DNA of 64,000 nt, from NCBI GenBank assembly GCA_963706445.1, contig OY970160.1:896001-960000 (forward strand), written 5' to 3'. A program made the translations under genes and the position numbers. This document shows positions 9,983 through 19,473 of the stretch, piece by piece. Under the pieces are notes generated by a model that did no database searches, had not been told where the DNA came from, and saw nothing but the letters and a program-made list of their open reading frames with translations. Numbering within the stretch: the first letter of the stretch is position 1; the number at the start of each line of letters is the position of its first letter. Origin of the DNA: an uncultured Nitrososphaerales archaeon. Its GTDB lineage: Archaea > Thermoproteota > Nitrososphaeria > Nitrososphaerales > Gagatemarchaeaceae.

Positions 9983-10552
9983 GTGCTCGACAGGCTCAGA
10001 GGGCGGCTTGAGTCGAACCTAGTGTCAGTGGGGAACCTGTTCGCCCACCTGGAGGTGTCCCCGACAACTTGGACGATTGTCGGGCTTGTGATATCCTTCC
10101 TCGCCGCGGCTGCTTACTCCACTTCGGGGTACCGGGGAGAGGCGCTTGGCGGGGTTCTCGTCCTCGTCGCGGGGTGGTTCGACATTGTGGACGGTGCCGT
10201 GGCGCGCGTCACCGGGAGGACCTCCAAGAGGGGCGCATTCATCGACTCGACCCTGGACAGGGTGGCTGAGGTGGCTGTCTTCGGCGGGATACTTGTTGGT
10301 GGCTATTCGGCCCCGCTGCTGGTACTATTGGCGATGGCCATGAGCCTCCTCGTAAGCTACACGAGGGCGAAGGGGGACGCCTTGGGGGTGAAGCTGTCAG
10401 GGGTCGGCATAGGCGAGAGGAGCGAGCGCCTCCTAATCCTCTCCGTGCTTTCAATTGCAGGGCTGGCTTACTGGGGAGTGGTGTTGGTGCTTGTCGTTGC
10501 AACATACACCTTCCTAGAAAGGACCTACAAGGCGGTAACGACGCTAGAATAA
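9983..10552 (+). CDS. CDP-alcohol phosphatidyltransferase (archaetidylinositol-phosphate synthase-like)
   Basis: DIVDGAVAR...SKRGAFIDSTLDR signature, SYTRAK, GIGERSER; GTG start about 25 nt after TATATAAAAA. Confidence 0.9.
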   Translation: MLDRLRGRLESNLVSVGNLFAHLEVSPTTWTIVGLVISFLAAAAYSTSGYRGEALGGVLVLVAGWFDIVDGAVARVTGRTSKRGAFIDSTLDRVAEVAVFGGILVGGYSAPLLVLLAMAMSLLVSYTRAKGDALGVKLSGVGIGERSERLLILSVLSIAGLAYWGVVLVLVVATYTFLERTYKAVTTLE

Positions 10553-10572
10553 CAGAGGGCCCTAGGGAACTT

Positions 10573-12174
10573 TCAGCGCATCGTAGCGCGTACTGTAGCG
10601 GGGGCGGTCCTCATGCGCTCAAAGAGCGCTGACGATATCGCCCAAGGTGCCTGTGTCATCTGAACAAACGCCGGGGACGCGAACTGACGCCCGCTAGGCC
10701 TCTTCCATCTGCTCGTGTAGTATCTTGTCAGGTTCATTGACTTCAGCGTGAAGAGACCGAATCCGAACATCGAGAGCGCAAGGAACCAGACGCCATGTAT
10801 GAAGACGAACCAGGCGAAGATGATACCCGCGAGCCCCAGAACCGCCTCGACGATCGAGTTGCGGTCGTTCCTGAGGTGCTTGAAGTAGGTCGTCTTCGTC
10901 ATCTCCTTGATGGCGCCGGACTTCGGGGTCCTATAGAGGAAGAATCCCATACGGTCGAAGACCCCATAGAAGAAGCCGATGGACCCCAGGACCAGCATGC
11001 CTCCGGAGGCGTAGCCGAGCCACGGTATCAGCGCGACGTTCTTCCAGGTCATGAGGCCCTGGACTTTGAGCGCCCACGCTCCGGACGCGAGCGAGACGGC
11101 GAACGGGACAGCAACGATGCCGACGTAGACCGGGTTGTTGAATATCGAAGTGGCGGGTGGGATGAGGTTGAAAACGACCGCAATTGTGGATAGGAAGGTG
11201 ACAAGGATCCAGCTGAGGCTTGAGAACGGGGACATCAACATGAGCAAGAGGCCCGCCTTCGTCCTCAACGAGACGCCCCGGGCTGTGATTATCGCAGTCC
11301 AGTAGTTCGCGATGCACCTCCACCACCCCTGAGAGGTCCTCCCGACCTGCTTCTTCCAGGCCTCCAGGGTGGACGGGTCTTCGCTCATTATCTTCACGTT
11401 GCTGAGGTAGATACCCCTCTTCCCGCCAAGGTACAGCTTGATCGAAATGTCCGTGTCGTCCGCAATCCTCTGGTTCGTCCATCCGCCGACCTCGAGGAGG
11501 TCCTTTGTCCTCACAAGCGTCTGACCCCCCTGGGCGGAGAAGGGGGCGTCGATTTGGTAGGACCCCATCTTCGAGATGGTGTCTCCGATGTCCTGGGTCA
11601 TGGCAAAAAGCTTGGTCACCATATTGTAGTCCCTGTTGTAATGCCCATAGCGGTAGGAGACGAAAGCGGCTCTCGGGTGGCTCTCGATGGTGTCAATCCC
11701 TTTCGTCAGGACGTCGGGGGAGACCATCGAGTCAGCGTCGAGGAGGAGCACATACTCTCCGTCGGCCAGCTGAAGGGCCTTGTTGAGGGCTCCGCACTTG
11801 AAGAACTCTCTCGAGGGCCTTCTTGAAACAAGCGTCCGTATTCCCGACCGGTTCAGGTCCTGGACCTTCGCATCTATGATTGTGGTCGTCTGATCGTTGG
11901 AGTCGTCGGCGACGACGACCTGTATCCTGTCTTTCGGGTAGTCGAGGTTCCTTACTGCGTCTAGAGACCTTTCAATGACGAATTTCTCATTGAACGTCGC
12001 GATTAGGATCGAGACGAGCGGATAGGTCTTCAGCTTGACCTCCTGCTTGGCGAGGTTCCTGGGGTACTTCATCGACGACACCAGAAGGATCACCCAGTAG
12101 TATTCGAGGGCGAGGACCGGGATTCCAATCCCCAGCGTGACAACTTCGAGAAGGAGCCAGATCGGGATAACCAT
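10573..12174 (-). CDS. Membrane GT2 glycosyltransferase (cellulose-synthase-like D,D,D,QxxRW type)
   Basis: ADDSND, KCGALN, LDADS, ADDTD, KQVGRTSQG; multiple TM helices. Confidence 0.88.
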   Translation of the reverse strand: MVIPIWLLLEVVTLGIGIPVLALEYYWVILLVSSMKYPRNLAKQEVKLKTYPLVSILIATFNEKFVIERSLDAVRNLDYPKDRIQVVVADDSNDQTTTIIDAKVQDLNRSGIRTLVSRRPSREFFKCGALNKALQLADGEYVLLLDADSMVSPDVLTKGIDTIESHPRAAFVSYRYGHYNRDYNMVTKLFAMTQDIGDTISKMGSYQIDAPFSAQGGQTLVRTKDLLEVGGWTNQRIADDTDISIKLYLGGKRGIYLSNVKIMSEDPSTLEAWKKQVGRTSQGWWRCIANYWTAIITARGVSLRTKAGLLLMLMSPFSSLSWILVTFLSTIAVVFNLIPPATSIFNNPVYVGIVAVPFAVSLASGAWALKVQGLMTWKNVALIPWLGYASGGMLVLGSIGFFYGVFDRMGFFLYRTPKSGAIKEMTKTTYFKHLRNDRNSIVEAVLGLAGIIFAWFVFIHGVWFLALSMFGFGLFTLKSMNLTRYYTSRWKRPSGRQFASPAFVQMTQAPWAISSALFERMRTAPATVRATMR

Positions 12175-12354
12175 TACGACCTACCCTCTCCCCTAGGGAC
12201 CCCTGAAAGGCACCTCGATATGTATATTTCGAAGTCAAACCCCCTCCACCCCGGTGCGACGGCGCGACTGTTTCCCAGCCAGGCCAAGACACTAATAGTG
12301 TTGAGAAGGGCTGCCGATGTCCCGCCTGATGAAAGGGGAGGGACAGGCACAAAT

Positions 12355-13530
12355 TTGGCTTCGAAAGGGGTATACTTCGCAGTCTTCGGATCGGGACTGG
12401 GGCACGTCACCAGGATCCTGGAGGTCTCGAAAAGGTTCCCGGAGGCCGATTACAAGTTCAGGTATTCCTCGTCTGGACAGGGGTACTCGTTCCTTGAGGC
12501 CATGGGGATGAAAGGGCTCACAGAACGATGCCCCGCCCTCGACGTGGAATGGGCGGTGGGCGGGGGGTTCTCCTCCCACAAGATCCTCCCCAGCTTCCCG
12601 TTCATGCTCAACAAGTTCATGCAGCAGGTAGCCTTCGAGAGGGAGGCAATCAGAAGGTTCAATCCGGAGGTCGTGGTGAGCGACTCGAGGCTGTCCGCCA
12701 TCCTCGCAGGGAAGTCGGAGTCATACCCGGTGGTGACCATGTTGAACCAGTTCAAAGTGCTGTTTCCCCCTAGGTTCCGCAACTCGATGGGGAAGTATTA
12801 CGAGAGGATTGCGGCGGACTCCCTCGGGCTGATGTGGTCCCTGAGCGATCGGGTACTGGTCACCGACCTCCCTCCTCCGTATACGATCGCCGAGGAAAAC
12901 GTCGTGGACTCGGAGGTCTCCAGAGTAGTCGAGTTCGTGGGTTTCACCGCACCAAAGATCAGGACCAGCCAAGAAGGCCTTCAGAAAGTCAAGCGTACCC
13001 TTGCACTGGACGACAGGCCCCTGGTCTTCTGTCAGGTCAGTGGGCCCGAGGCCACAAAGGGGAGGTTCGTGGAGACTGTCCTCGCATCGGCGGAAGAGAT
13101 CTGCAAGGCGTACAACCTGGTCGTCTCACTGGGACGTTCGGGAGGCTCCGCCACGCCGAGAAGGCTAGCCAGCGGGGGGTGGCTCTTCGATTGGTGCCCT
13201 GTCAAGGACGAGCTTTTCGAACTATCCTCGGTCCTCGTCGCCAGGGCGGGCCACAGCACCATAGGCCAGTGCATCGACAATGCGAAGCCGGCTGTGCTCG
13301 TGCCGATCCACAACCACCCCGAGCAGATAAGCAACGCCGAGAAGTTCAGCCGACTCGGGCTGGGGGTCGACATCAGGTCAGAGAAGCTCACCCCTCAGAA
13401 TCTTTTCCAAGCGATAGAATCATGCTTCACCGACTCGTCATACAAGATGAAGGTCGAGGCTGTCCGGACGATTTCGAACCGCTTCGATGGTGTGGCTAGG
13501 TGCGCCGAAGTCATAAACTCCTACGCCTGA
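12355..13530 (+). CDS. GT-B glycosyltransferase (GT28/MurG-like)
   Basis: GSGLGHVTR, VVSDS, ARAGHSTI, HPEQISNA; TTG start at 12355. Confidence 0.85.
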   Translation: MASKGVYFAVFGSGLGHVTRILEVSKRFPEADYKFRYSSSGQGYSFLEAMGMKGLTERCPALDVEWAVGGGFSSHKILPSFPFMLNKFMQQVAFEREAIRRFNPEVVVSDSRLSAILAGKSESYPVVTMLNQFKVLFPPRFRNSMGKYYERIAADSLGLMWSLSDRVLVTDLPPPYTIAEENVVDSEVSRVVEFVGFTAPKIRTSQEGLQKVKRTLALDDRPLVFCQVSGPEATKGRFVETVLASAEEICKAYNLVVSLGRSGGSATPRRLASGGWLFDWCPVKDELFELSSVLVARAGHSTIGQCIDNAKPAVLVPIHNHPEQISNAEKFSRLGLGVDIRSEKLTPQNLFQAIESCFTDSSYKMKVEAVRTISNRFDGVARCAEVINSYA

Positions 13531-13539
13531 AGCGCAAAC

Positions 13540-14229
13540 CTACTCTGAGATGAAACGTTCGAACTCGGCCAAAGAGCCGGGGGTCCCAATCTCGTAGAAG
13601 CGGTCGTACACAGGGAAGGCTTTCAGCTGCCTGTCTTTGATCAGGGCACCATAGAACTCCTCCTCGCCGCAGACCTTGCGTTCAGGGATTGCCCCGAGAG
13701 CCTCTTTCCGAAGGGCCGACACCCCGAAGTTGATCCAATGCATGCCGCTTAGGCTCCTCTTCTTGTCGTAACGGACAACCATCCCCGACTCGACGGTCAG
13801 GTCGCTCCTCCCATACCTTCCGTCGTTCCTGAACGCGACCATGAGCCCGAGCCTATCCGACTTCAGGAGTGTCTCCATAATCCGGCCATATGGCGCTCTG
13901 AGGTAGGCGTCTCCGTAGGTGACGAAAAAGGAGCCCCCAAGCAGTTTCTCGGCTCGCTTCAGGGCCCCGGCCGGGCCCAGGAGTTCTGGACCGTCTCGGC
14001 TGTATTCGACCTTGACCCCGAATCTGCTGCCGTCTCCGAGGTGATCCTCTATCTTCTCCCCGCGGTACCCGATGCACAGCACTAAGTCTCTGACCCCTGA
14101 CTTTTTCAGGAGTTCCACCTGATAGTCTATGAACGGCTTTCCAAGGACGGGGGTGAGGGCCTTCGGGAGCGAGTCAGTTATCGGTTTGAGCCTGGTGCCG
14201 AGCCCGCCGGCGAGGATTACCGCTTGCAA
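13540..14229 (-). CDS. hddC: Sugar-1-phosphate nucleotidyltransferase, HddC-like
   Basis: ILAGGLGTRL...PKAL, EIGTP; follows hddA. Confidence 0.75.
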   Translation of the reverse strand: MQAVILAGGLGTRLKPITDSLPKALTPVLGKPFIDYQVELLKKSGVRDLVLCIGYRGEKIEDHLGDGSRFGVKVEYSRDGPELLGPAGALKRAEKLLGGSFFVTYGDAYLRAPYGRIMETLLKSDRLGLMVAFRNDGRYGRSDLTVESGMVVRYDKKRSLSGMHWINFGVSALRKEALGAIPERKVCGEEEFYGALIKDRQLKAFPVYDRFYEIGTPGSLAEFERFISE

Positions 14230-14249
14230 CTAGAACCATTCCGACATGC

Positions 14250-15233
14250 CTAGATGTTGTAGATTACCTTGCTCCCTTCGAAGTCGAACCTGAACTTCAT
14301 TTCGACGAGGCCTTCCTTGGCCAGGACCGACCTTAGTTGGCTCCTCCCCTCCTCACAGTAGAGCATGAGGAAGCCCCCGCCCCCGGCGCCCACCAGCTTG
14401 CCCCCAAGCGCCCCGCTCTTCTTGGCGAGCGAGTACAATCGATCTACGCCTTCGGTAGTCATGGATTCTGTCACCCCTCGCTTCACATTCCAGTGCTCAT
14501 CCAGCAGCTCCCCGAACTTTCTCAGGTCTCCCGATTCAAGGGCCCTGCTGCTCTCCATGCCGATGGACTTTATGGCATGCATTTTCTCGGCCGCCCCGTC
14601 GGTCCCCGAAACGAGCTTTTCCTGCTGGCTGCCGAGGATTTCGTTGGCGCTGCGTTTTATCCCGGTGTAGAACATCATTATCCCGTGCTCCAGTTCGTCG
14701 AGGACCTCCGGGCTTATGCTCAGCTCTCTGGGGGTGACCTTCCCGCTCCGGTCTACCTCGTAGGACCTTATCCCCCCAAGGCTCGCCGCGTACTCGTCCT
14801 GCTTCCCCGACGGCTCGTGTAGCCGCGTCATGGCGATATGGCATGCCTCTTCTGCTATCTGCTCGGGGGTCTTGAACACCTTCTGGTGAGCATATAGAAC
14901 GTTAAGCAGCCCCACGCAGAAGCTCCCAGACGAACCTAGGCCCGTCGCTGCCGGGACATCCGCCAGTGAAACGATCTCAATCTTGTCCTTCCATCCGAGT
15001 TGCTTCAAGGTCTCCCTGACTATCGGGTGGCGGACAGAGTCTGCCGAATCGACAATCTCAGTCTGCGAATAGCTGACCCTGATTCCCGGCTCGAACCTGT
15101 CGTTAACGACGATGTGCATGTACTTGTCCACTGCCCCAGAGACGAAGTAGCCGCCGTGCTTTGAGTAGTAAGCCGGCAGGTCGGTCCCCCCTCCTCCGAG
15201 GGAGAGCCTGAAGGGGGTCCTCGAGACTATCAA
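14250..15233 (-). CDS. hddA: D-glycero-alpha-D-manno-heptose-7-phosphate kinase (GHMP family)
   Basis: SRTPFRLSLGGGGTD, GLGSSGS, GKQDEY, GKLVGAGGGGF. Confidence 0.88.
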   Translation of the reverse strand: MIVSRTPFRLSLGGGGTDLPAYYSKHGGYFVSGAVDKYMHIVVNDRFEPGIRVSYSQTEIVDSADSVRHPIVRETLKQLGWKDKIEIVSLADVPAATGLGSSGSFCVGLLNVLYAHQKVFKTPEQIAEEACHIAMTRLHEPSGKQDEYAASLGGIRSYEVDRSGKVTPRELSISPEVLDELEHGIMMFYTGIKRSANEILGSQQEKLVSGTDGAAEKMHAIKSIGMESSRALESGDLRKFGELLDEHWNVKRGVTESMTTEGVDRLYSLAKKSGALGGKLVGAGGGGFLMLYCEEGRSQLRSVLAKEGLVEMKFRFDFEGSKVIYNI

Positions 15234-15341
15234 TGAAGAGTTGGTCGCCCGTTTCCTGCCCGATTCTGCCAGGATATAACCCCGAGGCGCTGCTATGTAA
15301 CGACAAGGATAATAGTCGAAATCTGGCCACGCCTTGACGGA

Positions 15342-15959
15342 TTGGGCCGCACCGACGAGTATCTAGGCGAAGTGGCGAAGATCGCGGACGGGTTAGACAG
15401 GTCGGCGATAGACCGGGCCATCGGGATCCTGTACTCCGCGTGGAAAGAGGACAAGCAGGTCTTTGTCATAGGTAACGGAGGGAGCGCGTCGACGAGCACT
15501 CACTTCGCCTGCGACCTGAACAAATGGGTTTCGGACAAGGCGGACAGGAAGTTCAGGGCCTTCGCCCTGGTGGACAACATCCCGTTCGTGAGCGCCCTCA
15601 CGAACGACAACGGGTGGGGGGACGTCTACGTCGAGCAGCTCCGGAACTTCTTTAGGAAAGGGGACGTGCTTGTCGCCATAAGCGTCCACGGTGGCTCAGG
15701 GAGCGACAAGGCAGGTCCCTGGTCGCAGAATCTCCTTAGGGCAGTGAAGTACGTCAAGGACAACGGAGGGAAGGTGGTCGGTCTTTCGGGATTCGATGGT
15801 GGGGTGTTGAAGACGGCGGCGGACGCGTGCGTGGTGGTACCGGCGGAGTCAACCCCGCACGTCGAGGGGATGCATCTGGTGCTCACTCACCTTATGAGCG
15901 AGCAGCTCCGCGGGATGATTTCCGCCGGGGGGCCCCGGAAGGCTGCCGAGAAGTACTGA
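15342..15959 (+). CDS. gmhA: Phosphoheptose (sedoheptulose-7-P) isomerase, SIS domain
   Basis: GNGGSASTSTHFACD, SALTND, GLSGFDGG, HVEGMH. Confidence 0.88.
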   Translation: MGRTDEYLGEVAKIADGLDRSAIDRAIGILYSAWKEDKQVFVIGNGGSASTSTHFACDLNKWVSDKADRKFRAFALVDNIPFVSALTNDNGWGDVYVEQLRNFFRKGDVLVAISVHGGSGSDKAGPWSQNLLRAVKYVKDNGGKVVGLSGFDGGVLKTAADACVVVPAESTPHVEGMHLVLTHLMSEQLRGMISAGGPRKAAEKY

Positions 15960-16560
15960 TCGTCTCCTTCGAAACCTTCTCCACGAGCGCCGGGACTTCC
16001 TTCAGGGAGGGCACTAGGTAGTCCGGTCTGCCGTCCTGCTTTTCCATCATCTTCGTCAGCAGGGTAGTCATGTGGGCGACGAGGACCGTCATGCACCCCG
16101 CACTTCTCCCGGCCTTTACATCGACGAAGCCGTCCCCGACCATGAACGAATCTGCAAGGTCAAGATTGAAGTCCTCGGCGGCCCTGAAGAGCAGGCCCGG
16201 CTTCGGTTTCCGGCAGTCGCAGACGACCCTGTACCGCTTGACAAGGGCCTCCGGGTGGTGCAGGCAGTAGTATTCCCCGTCGAAATTGACCCCGCGGTCG
16301 GACAAAGCCTTTCGAAGCTTGGCGTTCATCCGGTTAAGCTCAGCGAGGCTGAACTGCCTCTTGGCCACTCCGGGCTGGTTTGAAATCACAATCACCTTGT
16401 AACCCAACCCCTGGAGTGCCTTCACAGATTCAGCGACGAAAGGGAAGACTCTCATCTGGCGTGCCGACGACGGGCTCGAGATCTGGCCCTCTTCATCGTT
16501 GTAGACGAGGTCGTTCAGGACCCCGTCCCGGTCCAGGAAGACGGCCTTGGCTGCTCCCAT
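15892..16560 (-). CDS. gmhB: Heptose-1,7-bisphosphate phosphatase (HAD-IIIA)
   Basis: FLDRDGVLN, ISNQPG, CLHHP...CDCRKPKPG, MVGD. Confidence 0.92.
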   Translation of the reverse strand: MGAAKAVFLDRDGVLNDLVYNDEEGQISSPSSARQMRVFPFVAESVKALQGLGYKVIVISNQPGVAKRQFSLAELNRMNAKLRKALSDRGVNFDGEYYCLHHPEALVKRYRVVCDCRKPKPGLLFRAAEDFNLDLADSFMVGDGFVDVKAGRSAGCMTVLVAHMTTLLTKMMEKQDGRPDYLVPSLKEVPALVEKVSKETISTSRQPSGAPRRKSSRGAARS

Positions 16561-16672
16561 TAGATCGTTCGAGGAACCGCGACGGGGGCGACCCTTAACT
16601 CCTTCCCCACAGGCGGTGGCTTTCCTTATATCCGCCCCGGCCTAAGGTTCCGCCGTAAAGTTCCCCGGAGAT

Positions 16673-17395
16673 ATGAGAATGCCAGACATATTCCTTGACA
16701 CTGCGTCCCTCGACGAATGCGTGGAGCTTACGAAGTGGGGAATTGCGGACGGAGTGACGACGAACCAGAAGATCTTTTTGTCAGAGGGAGGGGTCGACTT
16801 CAAGAAGCGGGTCATCGACATCTGCAGGGTCGTCAACGGCCCTGTAAGCGTGGAGACCACCACGAACACGGAGGCTGAGTTACTGTCCGAGGCCAGGGAG
16901 TACGCATCCTGGCACAAGAGGGTGGTCGTGAAGGTGGCCATGACGGCCGACGGAAGGGGGCTTAAGGTCGTCCATCAGCTCGCCAAGGAAGGCATCCGGA
17001 CGAACATGACCCTCATGATGACCTTCAACCAGCTGATCATGGCGGCGAAGGCGGGCGCAACCTATGTTTCGCTGTTCTACAACAGGTCGAAGGAGGCGGG
17101 GGAGGACCCTGTGCATATCATCAAGGACTACGTTTCCACCGCCAAGGAGTCGAAGCTGAAGGCTCGCCTGATAGTAGGGAGCATCCGGACTCCAGAGGAC
17201 GTCGCCACGGCGTTCGCTGCGGGAGCACACATTGTGACCATCCCGACGAAGATCATCAGGCAGATGCCATTCAATCAGAGGACCGAGGAGACCCGTGAAG
17301 AATTCGACAAGGCCTGGCAGGAGTTCCTCGCGATTCATGGCGGTGGGGCGTCCGTGAAGGTAGCTCCACGGCAGAGAAGAAGCGGTCGAAAGTAG
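16673..17395 (+). CDS. tal: Transaldolase family protein (divergent)
   Basis: FLDTA, GVTTNQ, GPVSVE, VVVK (Schiff-base Lys), TNMTL, AGATYVSLF. Confidence 0.85.
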   Translation: MRMPDIFLDTASLDECVELTKWGIADGVTTNQKIFLSEGGVDFKKRVIDICRVVNGPVSVETTTNTEAELLSEAREYASWHKRVVVKVAMTADGRGLKVVHQLAKEGIRTNMTLMMTFNQLIMAAKAGATYVSLFYNRSKEAGEDPVHIIKDYVSTAKESKLKARLIVGSIRTPEDVATAFAAGAHIVTIPTKIIRQMPFNQRTEETREEFDKAWQEFLAIHGGGASVKVAPRQRRSGRK

Positions 17396-17467
17396 GCACT
17401 CCCGATCTGCGGCAATCCGTCTGCCTTGGGAGACGCTTTTAATCACACCCGGGCGGCGCTTGATTGA

Positions 17468-18424
17468 ATGAAGAAAGCCCTGGTCACCGGAGGCCTGGGG
17501 TTCATCGGGAGCCACCTCACTGATAGGCTGCTAGACGACGGGTGGAAGGTATTAGTCCTCGACAACCTTTTGACCGGTCGGCGCTCGAATTTGGCCCACC
17601 GCAAGGTAGACAAGGCCTTGGAGGTGGTTGAGGGGGACATCAGAGACACGAAGACCCTGGTGAAGGAATCAAAGGGTTGCGACGCAGTCTTCCACTTCGC
17701 GGCCCACGCCCTCATGCGCGTGAGCCAGGATGACCCTGCGGCCGACCTTGAATACAACCTCGGCGGAACGGTCAACGTCCTGGAAGCCGTCGCAAAAAAC
17801 GAGGTACCCGATCTTGTGTTCGCTTCAACGTCGGCGCTCTACGGCGAGGCAAAGGTCACTCCGACCCCCGAGTCATATTCGGGCACACAGACGTCGTTTT
17901 ACGGCGCGGCGAAGCTTGCCGGGGAGGCGTTCGCATCAGCCTTCGTCCAGTTCCATCCCACCAAGTTCTGGGCATTCAGGTTCGGGACCGTCCTGGGGGA
18001 GAGGTGCAGGAGGGGAGCCATCTGGGATTTTGAGCACAAGCTGGAGAAGAACCCAAGGAAGCTGGAGATCCTAGGAGATGGGAAGCAGATCAAAGACTAC
18101 CTATATGTGAAGGACTGCGTGGACGGCGTGATGTTAGGATACCGGAAGAGCTCCAGGCCCGTGAACACATTCAACCTCGGGCTCACGGAGAAGACGACCG
18201 TGGACGACGTAGCCGACATAGTAATTGACTCCCTGGGTCTGAAGAACGTCAGAAGGAAGTACACCGGAGGGCCTAGGGGGTGGAAGGGAGACAACCCTGT
18301 CGTCCAGCTCTCTTCGGAGAAGCTCACACGACTCGGATGGGAGCCGAAAGTGTCTCCGCGGGACGCCATCAAGACCACGGCCCTGTGGACGGCCAAGGAG
18401 ATCGGCTGGAAGGCGCAAGATTAG
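17468..18424 (+). CDS. NAD-dependent epimerase/dehydratase
   Basis: TGGLGFIG, ASTSALYG, YGAAK. Confidence 0.92.
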   Translation: MKKALVTGGLGFIGSHLTDRLLDDGWKVLVLDNLLTGRRSNLAHRKVDKALEVVEGDIRDTKTLVKESKGCDAVFHFAAHALMRVSQDDPAADLEYNLGGTVNVLEAVAKNEVPDLVFASTSALYGEAKVTPTPESYSGTQTSFYGAAKLAGEAFASAFVQFHPTKFWAFRFGTVLGERCRRGAIWDFEHKLEKNPRKLEILGDGKQIKDYLYVKDCVDGVMLGYRKSSRPVNTFNLGLTEKTTVDDVADIVIDSLGLKNVRRKYTGGPRGWKGDNPVVQLSSEKLTRLGWEPKVSPRDAIKTTALWTAKEIGWKAQD

Positions 18425-18425
18425 C

Positions 18426-19394
18426 ATGGCGAAGTTCGCTGTGACGGGGGGAGCGGGGTTCCTGGGGAGCCACATCGCAGCCAGGCTGATCGGGGAGGGG
18501 AACGAGGTGGCGATTATCGACGACTTTTCGGCTGGGACCCTTCAGAACCTGAAGGACGTGGGCGTCACCCAGAAAGCGGTCACGGGTGACCTGAAGGAAT
18601 ACGACTTCGCGAAGCGATCCATGAAAGGCGCAGACACAGTATTCCACTTCGCCGCCGAGGTGGGGAGCGTCGACTATCTTCACAGGACGAAGGGGAGGGA
18701 GCTCGCGGCCATGCAGGCGAACGTGGTCATAGACGCCAACGTGTTCAGGGCCTGCCTGGAGGCAGGGGTCAGCACCCTGATTTACGCTTCGAGTGTTTCG
18801 GTGTACCCATTCGACAGGCAGCAGGGAGGTCAAACGAAGTTCAGGGAGGAGGACTCGGAGGTGAAGGTGAACCCCGACGGCGGCTATGGGTGGTCCAAGC
18901 TACTGGCCGAGAAGCAGCTCTCGTACATGCCCGACGTCGCATCTGGGGTGGCTAGGATTTTCCACGCCTATGGGAAGAACATCTACCTCCGGCCAGAAAG
19001 GAGCCAGGTGATAGCCTCCCTGATGCGAAAGGCCATCCGCTACCCGAGGGAGGACTTCGTGGTGTGGGGGGACGGGAACCAGAGGCGCTGCTTCGTCTAC
19101 ATCGACGACGTACTCGACGCGTTGTGGGCCCTCATGGGGCATGTCCGGAAGAAGGGGAATCTCACGGTGAACATAGGCTCGACTGAGGAGTACACCGTCC
19201 TCGAGCTGGCGAAGAGCATCATAGAATTGACCGGGAAGAAGATACCGATGAAGTTCGACGTGTCGAAGCCTTCGGGGGCCTTGAACAGGATGCCCGACCT
19301 GACGTTCGTAGGGGAGACCTTGGGGTGGGGGCCGAAGACGCCTTTCTCAGAAGGGCTCCCAAAGACATTCGACTGGGTTTCGAGCAGAGTCTGA
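18426..19394 (+). CDS. NAD-dependent epimerase/dehydratase, GDP-mannose 3,5-epimerase-like
   Basis: TGGAGFLG, ASSVSVYP, PDGGYGWSK, VWGDGNQRRCF. Confidence 0.85.
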   Translation: MAKFAVTGGAGFLGSHIAARLIGEGNEVAIIDDFSAGTLQNLKDVGVTQKAVTGDLKEYDFAKRSMKGADTVFHFAAEVGSVDYLHRTKGRELAAMQANVVIDANVFRACLEAGVSTLIYASSVSVYPFDRQQGGQTKFREEDSEVKVNPDGGYGWSKLLAEKQLSYMPDVASGVARIFHAYGKNIYLRPERSQVIASLMRKAIRYPREDFVVWGDGNQRRCFVYIDDVLDALWALMGHVRKKGNLTVNIGSTEEYTVLELAKSIIELTGKKIPMKFDVSKPSGALNRMPDLTFVGETLGWGPKTPFSEGLPKTFDWVSSRV

Positions 19395-19473
19395 GGCGCG
19401 CCTGCCCCCGGCTCGGCGTCGCCCCTGAACCGAAGCATATTTCTACGGAACTCAAAGAGCATGGAAGCTCAAA

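Noticed and set aside
15892-15959. 68-bp convergent overlap of gmhA and gmhB as antisense regulation
   Set aside because: Tail-to-tail overlaps recur through the window (polB/mscS, the two pfkB genes, udp/apgM) and fit genome compaction.
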